Source of the DNA: Selaginella moellendorffii
Taxonomy: Eukaryota; Plantae; Lycopodiophyta
Length of the DNA: 64,000 bases
NCBI RefSeq assembly: GCF_000143415.4
Contig: NW_003314441.1
Location: forward strand, 71,482-135,481
Direction of reading: 5' to 3'
Below the pieces are notes generated by a model. The model did not search any database. It was not told the origin of the DNA and saw only the letters and a program-made list of their open reading frames with translations. Made by a program: the position numbers and the translations under genes. Below are positions 47,471 through 59,899 of the stretch, piece after piece (position 1 is the first letter of the stretch; each line of letters opens with the position of its first letter).

Positions 47471-50059
47471 AAACGTGTTTTATCCCTAAGTTTTAATAGA
47501 TACTTCGTCCTTTTTATGTTTGACGAATTTCTTCTACTATATCAAAGAGTGATCAATTGCATTGTGGTGTGATCCAGTGAGGGAGAGAAACAGAGAGGAG
47601 ATTATAACAAGTGCAAATGAACCCAAAACAAAAACAAGTGAAGACTAAGTTCTACACGCACGAACTACCAAATAACATAAAGAAGTTGAATGAATCAAAG
47701 TGAGCTATAAGCTATGGACAAAGTTTTTTCGCGCTGCTGGCACGTCTAGTGAATTTGCTTTGCTCACATTTGGAAGAAAAGCCCCCGCTCCAGTTCCTAT
47801 GTTTTCATTAGAAGAGCGGGGGCTTTTCTCACTGTTGAGGCACGGATGGATCTGCTTCCGATCCATGCATCCTGGAGGCGACTCGCCTTTTGAAGTAAAA
47901 AAGAAGGAAAGCATCGCCACTCATCATCATACTTCCACAAGGCACGGCAGTGTGTATTCCTCCAAAGACGGGAGTCCTCTGGCCTTCCTTTCAGGAAGGC
48001 CGCGCAAATATTGTTGAGCGCGCAAAGAGCTTGAACGAGGTGGGATCCTTTTCAGCAAAGACCGTGCTGCACCAGCTCGCAGTGCAGATTTCATGCTCTA
48101 GCATCGTCCCGCACTGCGGCATTCCTAAGTGGGATGAAGGCTCTAGAGGAGAGAAGGCTTCCTCCTTGTGGATTTCATGGGGAAACCACACACAAAAAAG
48201 AAATCAAACAGAAGAAGAAAGCCATTGCACCTCGTTTTTTATCTCTTGCGAGCCGAGAGGAAAAGCTTTTCTCGCTTTGTCCAGCTTTCCAAACGAATTG
48301 ACGAGCCGCTCAGCTCGCACCTTGGTGTTCTCCTCTTATTGTGCAAGAACAAACATTGTGGATCCAAAGCAGCAGGAGCAAGCGAAAATTTCCATTTCAT
48401 GGGCTTGAGGACGATTTGCCACAGCCGCCACCATGCTGGTCATAAGGACTCTGCGTGGCTGTTTTGATCAAGCGTTGGGTGGTAAAGAGCCTGCCCCCAC
48501 AATGGAAAGGTGAAAAGTGAAAGAAAAGAAGAAAAGAACTCCAAGATGGATAGTCTCTATCTGCCTCCACAATTCAAACACAACTAGCTGTTATATCCAA
48601 GTTTCTCGCACTAGAGCTGTAGTCGTGAACGCAGCAAGCAAAGCAATAACAAGAAAATCACCTAAGCATTCCACATACGAGCCGCCCGCACCGACCCGTG
48701 CCCGCGATGGAGGGGATGATAAAGCCCATGCAAATCGAGTGAAGAGAGAAGATTTTCCTGACGAGTAGAGACCCAGTAGACGTGTCTAGCTGGACTCGAG
48801 CACCACTGGATCGCGCGTGCGAGGAGGGAGAAATTGAAAGGTGGATGGGCGATCTAAATACCAAAAGCCATTTCAGATTTATGGAGTTTAATCTTTTATA
48901 TATTTCTTAAGAAGAATGTTGAGGTCAGAACATCAAGATGGAATTACCTATCCCTACGTAAGAACTATCTCTTAATATCTGTCTTAGCCACTACTTGGAC
49001 GAATGCATCAATCCCTTGCTTTGTCTTGGTTGTGCAGATCAGTACACTTTGAATTATAGAAAGCTAATTAGAAAATTAACAACTTTTGTTATGTGTACTA
49101 ATTTATGAAATTAAATGTTCTCCTTTTTCTTTCAATCACAATTTTTATTTATTTATCTATAAACTTAAAGAGTTAAACATCATTTTTAGCTAAAAGTAAA
49201 CAACATTTTCATTCTAGAAGTTTGTTTCTAATCTGTAAGTACATAAATGAACATTAAGTTACTATCACCATGTGCAGGTATGTGTATTCTCCCTTTAGTG
49301 ACTATTATATTGTAACAATTATAAAATTTATATAGAATTATTACTCATTATATATTGAAAATGTTATAAATTGACATCTTATCAATTTTTTGTCAACAAC
49401 AATTCTTATACTAAAAGATTCATATTATTATTTATTTCTCAACTTAAATAATTAGACATTATATTTAACAAAAAGTAAACAACATTTTTATCTTATCAAT
49501 TCTGTATATATGCTACCCATACATAGGTGACCAAAATTATTATATATAAATCTGATGAATAGTAAGGAGTGTTAAATAAAATTTCAAATACATTTTAAAA
49601 AACTGAAAAATTCTTTAATGAATCTAGAAAATAAATATAATAATAAGATATTTAGAATTATAATAAGATATTTATTAAATATATTAAAACTTAGATTTAT
49701 AAGGTTCAAGTGTATGGCTACAATGTTATAGACTAATATTAGTATAATGGGATTTTGGTAGCTGTCGAATTAGTTTCAATCCAAACTACTCACTCTTGTA
49801 TGTAAACTAGGGTTTTTAGGCTAATTGAGATGCACATTTTTGTATTCCCTTTCCTTATTTTATGCACTCACATTGGTGGAGATGAGGGGTAGTTTTGATT
49901 GTCCCTAAGGAGTGCTTGGATTTAGGAGGTTGGTTTAAATCTAGCTTTTACATCATTTAGATCTCCTTTTCCTTCTAGCTTTTTTTAATTTCTTTTTCTT
50001 TTACTTTTTTTTTTCATTCATCTTTATAGCAGAGTAGTAGCCTCCTCCTCCTTTGACTC

Positions 50060-51350
50060 TGGAGCAGCAGTTGATGCAATTGCTTGATACTATGCGGTTG
50101 CAGTTGAACAATTAGACTCAATTAATAGTAGCATTTATAGCACGTGGTACAACTCTTCCTGCTATTACTGCTAGTTGGAGTTCTTCCCTAAGAATCCTAA
50201 GGATGATGTGTACTATTGGTTTAATCACTTGACAGTGATTGCCACATATCATTCTTGGGATGATACTTGACGTTTGCATGAGTTTCCTACGTGTCTCCAA
50301 AGGATGACACTATAGTGGTACAATAGTTTAAGCACAGCCACTCGTGAGAATTAGAGTATTCTCCTAACTGTCTTCAAATGCACATTTGGACATACTGACG
50401 ATTATGATGATGCCTTCTAACAATTGCATCATCTTCATCAAGAGCCATCTAAGTCGCCGATGCAACTTGGTGTTCATTTTTTAAGCCTCTTACTTCACGC
50501 AAAGTTAAATATGTTGAAATGGATCAAGTTGGGAATGTTGTAGCTAGCACTTTGTCAAGATCCAGTTAGACTTCTGCATGCACTTGCTCCAACCATTTTT
50601 GACAATGCCTTTTGCTTAGCACAATGTTATGAGATATTGTCTCTTCCAGTTCTTGGTGCACATCCTTTAGCTCCACTTCCTATGGGAGATGGTCCTATTG
50701 CAATGGAGGTTAATGCTATTACTACTTGAGTTCAAGGACAAAGACAAAGATATGGCCGTGGTTGTGATATTGTTGCTGGGTATGTGATGAAGTTAGTCAC
50801 ACTTATTGGCATTATTAGTATTTTCTAGAGTGGTGACCTTCATTTCCTAGGTATCAACAACATCCTTTTGGTGTTGTTGTAGTGGAAGGTTTGGGAAATA
50901 AGATGCATTTGGGAAATGAGGAGTTGTATGAGTAATAAAGGGACTTTATGTGAATAAGTTAGTGATCCTTCCATTTTTCTTTCAAGAGTATCATCAAGAG
51001 GTTTAATCGGCACTAATTTATGTAGTGTTTACTTTCCAATCTCGTTTTTATAAGAAGAGTTCTTCTATTTTTCTCTCTATATTGGTTAATATAGGCTCGA
51101 GTTTATTTTCTATTGCTTGGCCTATTACCACAAGTTGCCGTCTACATTTACATTGTATGGTAGAGCTAATTTTCATTCTTTATGGCAATAGTTATACACA
51201 TGCATATGCACAGAATGAAGTAGACCTAATTGTGTGTGTGGGTGATCTTGAGTTTGAGTTGTATTCATTGCGGGTGGTGCCAAGTCAAGATTTCGATCTC
51301 ATCCTTGGTATAGATTGATTGCAACGCAATCATGCCAAATGTGACTTGAG
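50060..51350 (+). pseudogene. Decayed Ty3/gypsy gag-protease relic
   Basis: GDGPIAMEVNAI (PMEVD-like), a CWVCDEVSH zinc-knuckle relic, and LVNIGSS plus FDLILGID*L protease motifs, with many stops. Confidence 0.7.
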
Positions 51351-51361
51351 GCTTTTCCCTT

Positions 51362-51911
51362 TGTATAGCGTATGTGGTTTTCACCCTTTATCCTATAGTG
51401 ATTTACCATAGAATAACCACAAAGCAAAACTTAAACCCTCCATGTGCCATGTGTTACATGCCAAGTACCACATGCCACGTGTCCCTAAAGACAATGGAGT
51501 GGAACCTGAGTTTTAGGGCCTTAAGGCACTAAACGAAAGAATGGAGCCAAACTTCTGTATGGAGTCAAGAAGCGAAGGTACTGGAGCACAGAGTGACTCT
51601 TGAGTGTATAGCCCAAAGAGTGAAAGAGCAAGAGCATAGAGCAATTTGGAATAGTCCTAGAGCATTCAACATTTCAATGCTAGGACCAACACACAAAACA
51701 GAGCCAAATGGAGTCTAGCACTATTTTAGCATACCAGTGGTCTAACATGAGGATATGGGTACTTCACAAGCTAGTATGGTGTGGAACTTGGGTTTGGACT
51801 CGAACACAGAACAAGGACAGGCACGAAATCAAGAACTATATTATACCTTTGGTTGGTTAGCCATGCCTAACCTACCCACTATCCCTACTATAATATTGGG
51901 AACCCCTCACA
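51362..51911 (-). mobile_element. Family D LTR (~550 bp) preceded on the minus strand by a poly-G PPT (51912-51929)
   Basis: TG...CA termini. Homologs at 13850-13975, 22682-23273 and 33740-34000. Confidence 0.7.
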
Positions 51912-52665
51912 GCCCCCCCCCCCCCCCCCGCTAGTTTTTGGGATAAACTTGAAACTTACTAAATATGGAATGGCACTAGATTACAAATTTGGACAAAGGA
52001 CAAACACTTTTGTGTTTAGGATAATCTTTACATTATGTAAATATGTCAAATTAGTAAATCTAAACACTTACCATAAATAGTAATTAGAACTGAATGATAC
52101 TAATACAAGGTGTTTGGTAGATACCATAAGCTATCATCTAGCAATATTGAGGGACTAGTCTCAATATGAGAGGGTTCTTGTCAAGCAAGTGTTAGATAGA
52201 ACCAAAAAAAACTAAGAGCCAAACCGAGTATGGTCAGCAAAAAATATATAGTAGTTTCTACCTTATGTCCATCTAGCTAAGTATAGATGCTAAGCTTAAT
52301 TTACTAACACTTGAATAAGAGGGACTGATAAAGGGTTTAGCAATACTGACCTCCTACCATTATAGCAGTAAAAAAAGAGTATCCCAAAGGACTAACTGAC
52401 AGGTAACTTTCGATACCCATAATCACATTTGTGACATTTCCCCCCCTTAGGGAAGATTAACATCTTTGTCAATACACACTCTAGTCTAAAACACTGCCAA
52501 GGAAACAATTCCATAAAAAGTTCATGGTATCTACACTTTGTGGGAAATGCACCAACTTAAATGCGTTAAGAGGCAATCTCTTTCTCCAACACAAATATGC
52601 TACCAGTTTAAACACCTTCTAGCTGTCGCCAACAAAGAAATGACCAACAAAGTTAGCCACCTTTG

Positions 52666-53865
52666 TGTAAGCTACAAATTTTTCCTTTCCAATTTGTCAG
52701 CTTAGCTCCTACTTGGTCCTACTTGGTTTTAACTACTCATTGCACAAGTAATAGAGTGTTAGCCATCCATCCACAGATTCCCAAATCTCTCCCAATTCCC
52801 CTCCCTGGGTTAGACTGGACTTAAGGTTTGGCTACATTCCCTGTAGGCACAAACAACCAAGCACACCAAACCTCCAGGTTTCTAATATCCCTTGGTACAA
52901 CAAGACTTGATCATGGGACCCTCTAAATCCCAAACCTTGGGTGCAACACTTGCTTCGGGACACCGAGGCGAAACACCATGGCCTAATGGCCCGGTATGGG
53001 TACCTCTACCCCCCCACTTCCATCCCAAAGGGAAGGCCCAAGCCCCTAGGAAGGGCAAGGACTAATGAGCCACAAGGTACTCAAGTGGGGCACCACTCCA
53101 CATGAGTTGGGAGCACCGTAGTCGGTTTCCCTTTCGGGAGTGGGAGCTGCTCTTGAGCACTTCCTTGGGTGGCCCCTCCGGCACCACTCAAGCCCATGCT
53201 CACTCCCACCCAAGGCCCCTCGGCCCCAGTATCAACCTCAAGTCAGTTTGGAAGCACCACTGGAGAGTTCCTTCAAGACTAGTTCCTGGACCTCACTATC
53301 CCTACTATACTTTTGGAACCCCTTATATCCCCCCCCCCCCCGGGGAGACGCATGCTTTGGGCTTTCACCCCTTGACTTGTATTAATACTCGGACTCGGTT
53401 TCGGACTCGATCTCGGACTTGATCTCGGACCCGACTTTGGACTCGGTCTCGGACTCGATTTCAAACCCGATCTCGGACTCGACTTCAAACGTGACCTCGG
53501 ACTCGGTCTCGGACCCGATTCGGATCTCGAACTTTGTCTTGAACTTGGTCTCGAACTCGGTCTCCGATTTGGCCTTGGACTCGATCCCAGACTCTATCTC
53601 GAACTCGGTCTCAGAGTCAGTCTTGGACTCGATCTTTGACTTGGTCCCATCTAATGAACTCTTTGTTATTTTGGTCATGCTTTCGGGGATCCTTTAGCCT
53701 ACAACACCTCGGGGAGTTGGTTCCTTACAACTCCACCACCCATAGAAGAAGTTCAATGCCCACATCGAACGTCTCTTTGTCATCCTACGACTTGTTGACC
53801 ATGTCTCCGGGGGCATCCCCCCACTTAGCGGTTGCCTAAGTTAGCCTCCCCGGCCAAGAGACCAT
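52666..53865 (-). mobile_element. Family C 3' LTR (52666-53729) with PPT and short 3' internal region
   Basis: TGTAAG...TTACA followed by ACTCCACCACCCAT. Confidence 0.88.
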
Positions 53866-56092
53866 TGTAAGGAACCGACTCCCCGAGATGTTGTAGGCTA
53901 AAGGATCCCCGAAAGCATGACTAAAATGAAAAAGACTTCATCGGATGGGACCAAGTCAAAGATCGAGTCCAACATCGACTCTGAGACCGAGTTCGAGATA
54001 GAGTCTGGGATCGAGCCCGAGGCCGAATCGGAGACCAAGTTTGAGACCGAGTTCGAGACCAAGTTTGAGACAGAGTCCGAGATCCAAATCGGGTCCAAGA
54101 CCGAGTCCGAAGTCAAGTTCGAGATCGGGTCCGAGATCGAGTCCGAGACCGAGTCCGAAGTTGGGTCCGAGATCGAGTCCGAGATAGAGTCTGAGACCAA
54201 GTCCGAATACTAATACGGGTCAAGGGGTGAAAGCCCAAAGCGTGTGTCTCCCAAGGGGGGGAGGGGGGGGGGGGCTGCAGGGGGTTCCAAAAGTATAGTA
54301 GGGATGGTGAGGTCCAGGAACCAATCTTGAAGGAACTCTCCAGTGGTGCTTCCAAACTGACTTGAGGTTGAGACTGGGGTCGAGGGGCCTTGGGTGGGAG
54401 TGAGTATGGGCTTGAGTGGTGCCGGAGGGGCCACCCAAGGAAGTGCTCAAGAGCAGCTCCCACTCCCAAAAGGGAAACCAATTGCGGTGCTTCCGGCTCA
54501 TATGGAGTGGTGCCCCACTCGAGTACCTTGTGGCTCATTGGTCCTCGCCCTTCCTAGGGGCTTGAGCCTTCCTTTTGGGATGGAAGTGGGGGGGGGTAGA
54601 GGTACCCATACCGGGCCGTTAGGCCACGGTGTTTCACCCTGATGTCCCGAAGCAAGTGTTGCACCCAAGGCTTGGGATTTAGAGGGTCACATGATCAAGT
54701 CTTGTTGTACCAAGGGGTATTAGGAACCTGGAGGCTTAGTGTGCTTGGCTACTTGTGCCTACAGGGAGTGTAGCCGAAACTTAAGTCCAGTCTAACCCAG
54801 GGAGGGGGATTCGAAGAGATTTGGGAATCCGTGGATGGATGGCTAATGCTCCGTTGCTTGTGCAGTGAGTAACTGAAACCAAGTAGGATGAAGTAGGAGC
54901 TGGTACAATAGGTGGGAACCTTGGTGAGGGAACTTAGCACATGCCAAGGCAATGTTGGTCGGGTAGACGAGGTAAGCTGGCAAATTGGAAAGGAAAAATT
55001 TGTGGCTTACAATTTGGTATCGGAGCCTTTTCCTCAGTTTTAGCAAAGGATAGAGGCGGATTGCTGGGAGATGGCAAAGGCGGGACGTAAGCGAACCCAT
55101 GCGGAGACAGAACCCCCGCTAGAGCTGGAGCCTCCGGTCGAACAAGAGGCTATGGATGAGGATTCCTTGCATGAGGAGGACTTTAGTGAGAAAACTACCA
55201 AACAGAAGTTTGGTGGCGAGGTTCGGTCGTCCAAGGCTCAATTAGACATTCTAGAAGGATAATTGGCGCAGACCAATGCTTTGCTGGAGACTCTCGTATG
55301 CAAGCTAAAGCGTGACGAGAAGCAGAAGAAAAAGCAAAAGACTACAGATGCTGGTAGCACAGAAGGTGCGGACCCTTCGGCAGGGACTGAGGCAAAACCA
55401 GACAAGGTTGAACAAACCGAAGTGGAATCAGTCCCTTAGGCAGTTCCCAAGTACAAACCAAATCCTCCACCGGTCTATAAGGGAGTGAATGACTATAAGG
55501 TGGTGGAGGATTGGTTTTACGATATGGAGGACTACTTCCGAGCGTTGCGGTTACCGAGCTCAGAGAAGGTCCCATGTGCAAAACCATACTTGGCAAATAA
55601 TGCCAAGTCTTGGTGGAGAATGATAGAGGCCAACGAAGGACCAGTGGCCACTTGGGAAATGATGAAGGTGAGGATCCGCGTGACTTATGTTCCTCCGAAT
55701 GCTACTCTGCATTTAAGGGACGAGCTGAGTAGGCTGAAGCAGACCAGAACCATTCAAGAATATGTGATTGGGTTTATGGCAAAGAGGATACTTGTCATGG
55801 ACATGGGGGATATGGATGCGTTCCATGCCTTCATATCAAGTTTGCAAACTTGGGCTCGCGGTGAGGTGATGCGTTGGAACCCAACCAACTACAAGGAAGC
55901 GTTGGATGCGGCCATCAAGGTGCATTTCAACTATAACCTGTGAAAGGGGAACACGACGGGGTCAGGGTCCATATTTAGCAAAGGGGCCAAACCAAGGGGA
56001 ACGTATAGCAGAGGGAAATTCAAGAAGAGTTTCTCTAAGAATGAGTCCTCGGGGTTCCGGAAAGGCAAATCCGGTGGCCAGTGAGTGAGTAC
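53866..56092 (+). mobile_element. Family C Ty3/gypsy element 5' part: LTR 53866-55011, PBS 55015-55026, gag; interrupted by family B at 56093
   Basis: 1146-bp TG...CA LTR followed by TGGTATCGGAGC (tRNA-iMet-type PBS). Confidence 0.92.
55071..56092 (+). pseudogene. Retrotransposon gag with in-frame stops (55260, 55437, 55941)
   Basis: One frame reads PPVYKG...VEDWFYDMEDYF...YLANNAKSWW...TWEMMK...LRDELSRLKQTRTIQEYVIGF, a retrotransposon gag domain. Confidence 0.88.
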
Positions 56093-56323
56093 TGTGAGAC
56101 ACAAAATCCCTAGGCCCCAAAGTGGAGCTGGAAGGGCGCCACATGGTAGTGGCCGAAGCGAGAGCCAAACGAGCGTAACACGTTTGGACCAAAAGCTCCG
56201 ACTTGAAAAGTCAAGAGCGGGAGTGGAACTCCCAACGAAGTGCTCGAGGAACGAGCACGAAGCGAGCAAAAGGCGAGGCTCCAAAAAGGGACCCAAAAGG
56301 ACCAACACATGACACGTGGGAGT

Positions 56324-56980
56324 GTCCGAGATGGACTCGAGATGGAGTCCGAAGTGGAGTCCGAGGTGGACCCGAGATGGACCCGAGTTGGAGTCCGAAG
56401 TGGAGTCCGAGATGGAGTCCGAGATGGAGTCCGAGATGGAGTCCGAGTTGGAGTCCGAGGTGGACCCGAGATGGACCCGAGTTGGAGTCCGAAGTGGAGT
56501 CCGAGATGGACCCGAGATGGAGTCCGAGATGGAGTCCGAGATGGAGTCCGAGGTGGACCCGAGATGGACCCGAGATGGAGTCCGAGATGGAGTCCGAGAT
56601 GGAGTCCGAGATGGAGTCCGAGATGGAGTCCAAGATGGAGTCCGAGATGGACCCGAGATGGAGTCCGAGATGGAGTCCGAGGTGGACCCGAGATAGACCC
56701 GAAATGGAGTCCGAGATGGACCCGAGATGGAGTCCGAGATGGACCCGAGATGGACCCGAGATGGAGTCCGAGATGGAGTCCGAGATGGAGTCCGAGATGG
56801 AGTCCGAAGTCGAGACCGAGACCGGAACCGAGACCGGGACCGAGACCGAGACCGAGACCGAGATCGGGACCGAGACCGAGACCGAGGCCGAGGCCAAGAC
56901 CGAGCCCGAGCCCGAGTCCGAGTCCGAATCCGAATCCGAGTCCGAGTCCGAGTCCGAGTCCGAGTCCGAGTCCGAGTCCG
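56324..56980 (+). repeat. 12/11-bp then 6-bp tandem arrays in the family B 5' LTR
   Basis: (GAGATGGAGTCC)n and (GAGATGGACCC)n, then (GAGACC)n and (GAGTCC)n. Confidence 0.97.
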
Positions 56981-58753
56981 GAGCCTGAGAGGGTGAAAGC
57001 CCAAAGCGTTCGTCTCCCAGACCCTGGGGGGTTTGGTGAGCTCCAAAAGTATAGTAGGGGGAGGACTGCAGTGGAGCCAGTTTGGCCAGGAAAGGCCAGT
57101 TTGGCCCAGGAAGGCCAGACCCAGTGTTGGGTGATGAACTGACCACTGGGAAGTCCAAGACTAGAGTGAATACGGACCGACAAGCGGGGTAGCTTGGTGA
57201 AGTGTTCAAGAGCCGGCTCTAGTTCCCCCGGGAGATCGACTGGCCGATGCTCCCAGTCCAAGTGTGGGTGGCACTACCTACTTGGATACCAGGCGTGGCT
57301 CAACGGAACCTCGCTCTAAGCCCATGGCTAGAGCACCTAAAGGCGATAGGTGGGGAGAGTACCTAGGTGGCTCGCGTAAGGCCACGGTGTTCCGAAATGT
57401 CGTCCCAAAGGCCCAGACTGTGGAAAGGAAGAGGAGCAGTCCTCTGGGGTAGTGACCAAGGACACAGTCGTGTGGTGAGGAAGTCCCAGAGGACCGTGGG
57501 ACTTAGTGGTCGGGCCTGTGGGCCTCGATCCAGTGGCAGTGTTGGCAAACACGGCCAGGGGCAGAAAGGGACTTGGTAGGAACTGACAAAGGGACTTTGG
57601 GGAAGGCAATTCCCCAGGTCTGTGGGCATCCTAAGGATGCTAAGGAGTGGATCTAGGATGACCCCTCATAGACAGATGGCCCAGTCTTGGAGAGACGGGA
57701 TGGTGATGCAAGTGGTATTGGACCATTTGCGCAGCAAAGGTGAATGGGCATGGCCTTAGCGTAACGGGCCGAGATGTCAGTGGTACCTTTGGGTGTCGGT
57801 CATGGGATCGGACACGTGGAGCACTTGGACCAAGTGCAAAGGTTGAGTGGCATGGATGCCATTCTCGGGGCTAGCAAGCCCCAAGTCCTGAATGGGACTT
57901 ATGGAGGTTGTGAATGAGACTCCTCCAAGTGGTCAAAGGTGTGGTTAAGTGACTAAAGTAGAATGGAAAAATTTAGTCACTTACAATTTGGTATCGGAGC
58001 TGTTCCTTAGTCCGACTTTTATTGGTGCTCAAGTATATCACCACTAGTGTTGGCATCGGAAGGTCCGAGGAGTGGGCCTATCCTTGAGGAGTAGCAAGTC
58101 GGGAAGACATGGCTCTCCATTACAGTTCATGTGCGAACTTGTAGACGAGGTGGTGGATAGAAAAGGGCCAATAATGGAATGACTTTGGGATCTTGGGAAC
58201 AGTAGATAGCTTTTCTCAAAGAGTTGAGGATGTGATCCAGATGAGCGTTTGACTTAGCAAACTGGCTAATGTAGTTGTGGTAAATAACTATAGTTGGGAT
58301 CACTGGAAAGATAGAGACTCCAAAACAATAAAGGAGTCACAAGATTTTCCTCATATAGTTGAGGTTGGTGCTCATGAATGTGAGACCAGAAGTAATGACC
58401 GTGGGAGGTCAAATACGGAAGAGGACTCAAGTCCTTGAAAAGGTAGCCGGGGCTACCTCTAATAAATGCTGGAACAACCCCAGGAGTTGGGGGTGTATTA
58501 AGTGGATGAGTTGGTGTTCTCATCACATGGACAAGTAGTCCTAAGGGGCAAAGGTTGCCCCCAGAGAACAAAATCAAGTGTCGGAGTAACACTTGTGAAA
58601 ATAGTCCTTTTGAGTAGGACAGGAATGCAAGAAGTGTATTCCAGTGAGCTAGTGCCTCACAAGTAGCACCTTATGGGTCGGTGGATTAACCAAGTCCAAA
58701 GTTGCTAGACGACTCAAGTAGAGTCAAGGGATGGTCCTAAAAGGACTGATGGA

Positions 58754-59899
58754 TGTAAGCCACAAATTTTTCCTTTCCACTTTGCCAGCTTACCTCGCCT
58801 ATCCGTCCAACACTGCCTTGGCTTTTGCTAAGTTCCCTCGCCAAGGTTCTCGCCTATGGTACCAGCTCCTACTTGGTTTCAGCTACTCACTGCACGAGCA
58901 ACGGAGTGTTAGCCATCCTTCCATGGATTCCCAAATCACTCCCAATCCCCCTCCCCGGGTTAGACTGGACTTAAGGTTCGGCTACACTCCCCGCAAGCAC
59001 AAGCAGCCAAGCACACCAAGCTTCCAGGTTCTTAACATCCCCTGGTACCACAAGACTTGATCATGGGACCCTCTAAATCCCAAGTCTTGAGTGCAACACT
59101 TGCTTCGGGACGCCGGGGCGAAACACCGTGGCCTAGCGGCCCGGTATGGGTACCTCTCGCCCCCCACTTCCATCCCGAAGGAAGGCCCAAGCCCCTAGGA
59201 AGGGCGAGGACCAATGAGCCGCATGGTACTCAAGTGGGGCACCACTCCACATGAGCCGGGAGCACCGCAATCGGTTTCCCTTTCGGGAGTGGGAGCTGCT
59301 CTTGAGCACTTTCTTGGATGGCCCCTCCGGCACCAGCCAAGTCCATGCTCACTCCCACCCAAGGCCCCTCGGTCCCAGTCCCAACCTCAAGTCGGTTTGG
59401 AAGCCCAACTGGAGAGTCCCTTCAAAACTGGTTCCTGGACCTCACTATCCCTACTATACTTTTGGAACCCCCTGCAGCCCCCCCCCCTGGGAGACGCACG
59501 CTTTGGGCTTTCACCCCTTGACCCGTATTAGTATTTGGACTTAGTCTCTGGCTCGATCTCGGACCCGATTTCGGATCCGACTTCGGATTCGGGTTCGGAC
59601 TCGATCACGGACTCGATCTCGGACCCGATCTCGGACCCGACCTCGGACTCGACCTCGGACTCGGTCTCGGACCCGATTTCGGATCCGGACTCCGTCTCGA
59701 ACTCGGTCTCGAACTCGGACTCGAACTCGGTCCCCGAGTCGGTCTCGGATTCGATTCCGGACTCTACCTCGAACTCGGTCCTAGAGTCGGTCTTGGACTC
59801 GATCCTCGACTTGGTCCCATCCGATGAACTCTTTGTCACTTCGGTCAAGCTTTTGGGGATCCTTTAGCCTACGACATCTCGAGGAGTCGGTTCCTTACA
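58754..59899 (-). mobile_element. Family C solo LTR (1146 bp) with 5-bp TSD ATGGA
   Basis: ATGGA at 58749-58753 and 59900-59904. The empty site with a single copy is at ~20955-20970. Confidence 0.95.

Noticed and set aside
47700-48864. GC-richer segment with several short ORFs
   Set aside because: It may be a gene relic, but I could not recognise a family or build a consistent exon model.
56324-56980. Possible CRISPR-like array
   Set aside because: The units are contiguous with no unique spacers, in a eukaryotic LTR context.
56984-57015. Hammerhead ribozyme (retrozyme) resemblance: CTGAGAGGGTGAAAGCCCAAAG
   Set aside because: The core does not fit CUGANGA...GAAA, no stems I/III were found, and the CTGA is absent in family C.
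55931-57261. Long ORFs in several frames (WSPR, SEME, DGVR, LGLH, RS repeats); similar at 22.1, 24.1-25.1, 27.4-28.5, 53.4-54.2, 59.5 and 63.4 kb
   Set aside because: They are by-products of stop-free 6/12-bp tandem arrays in LTRs, with frames and lengths differing between copies.
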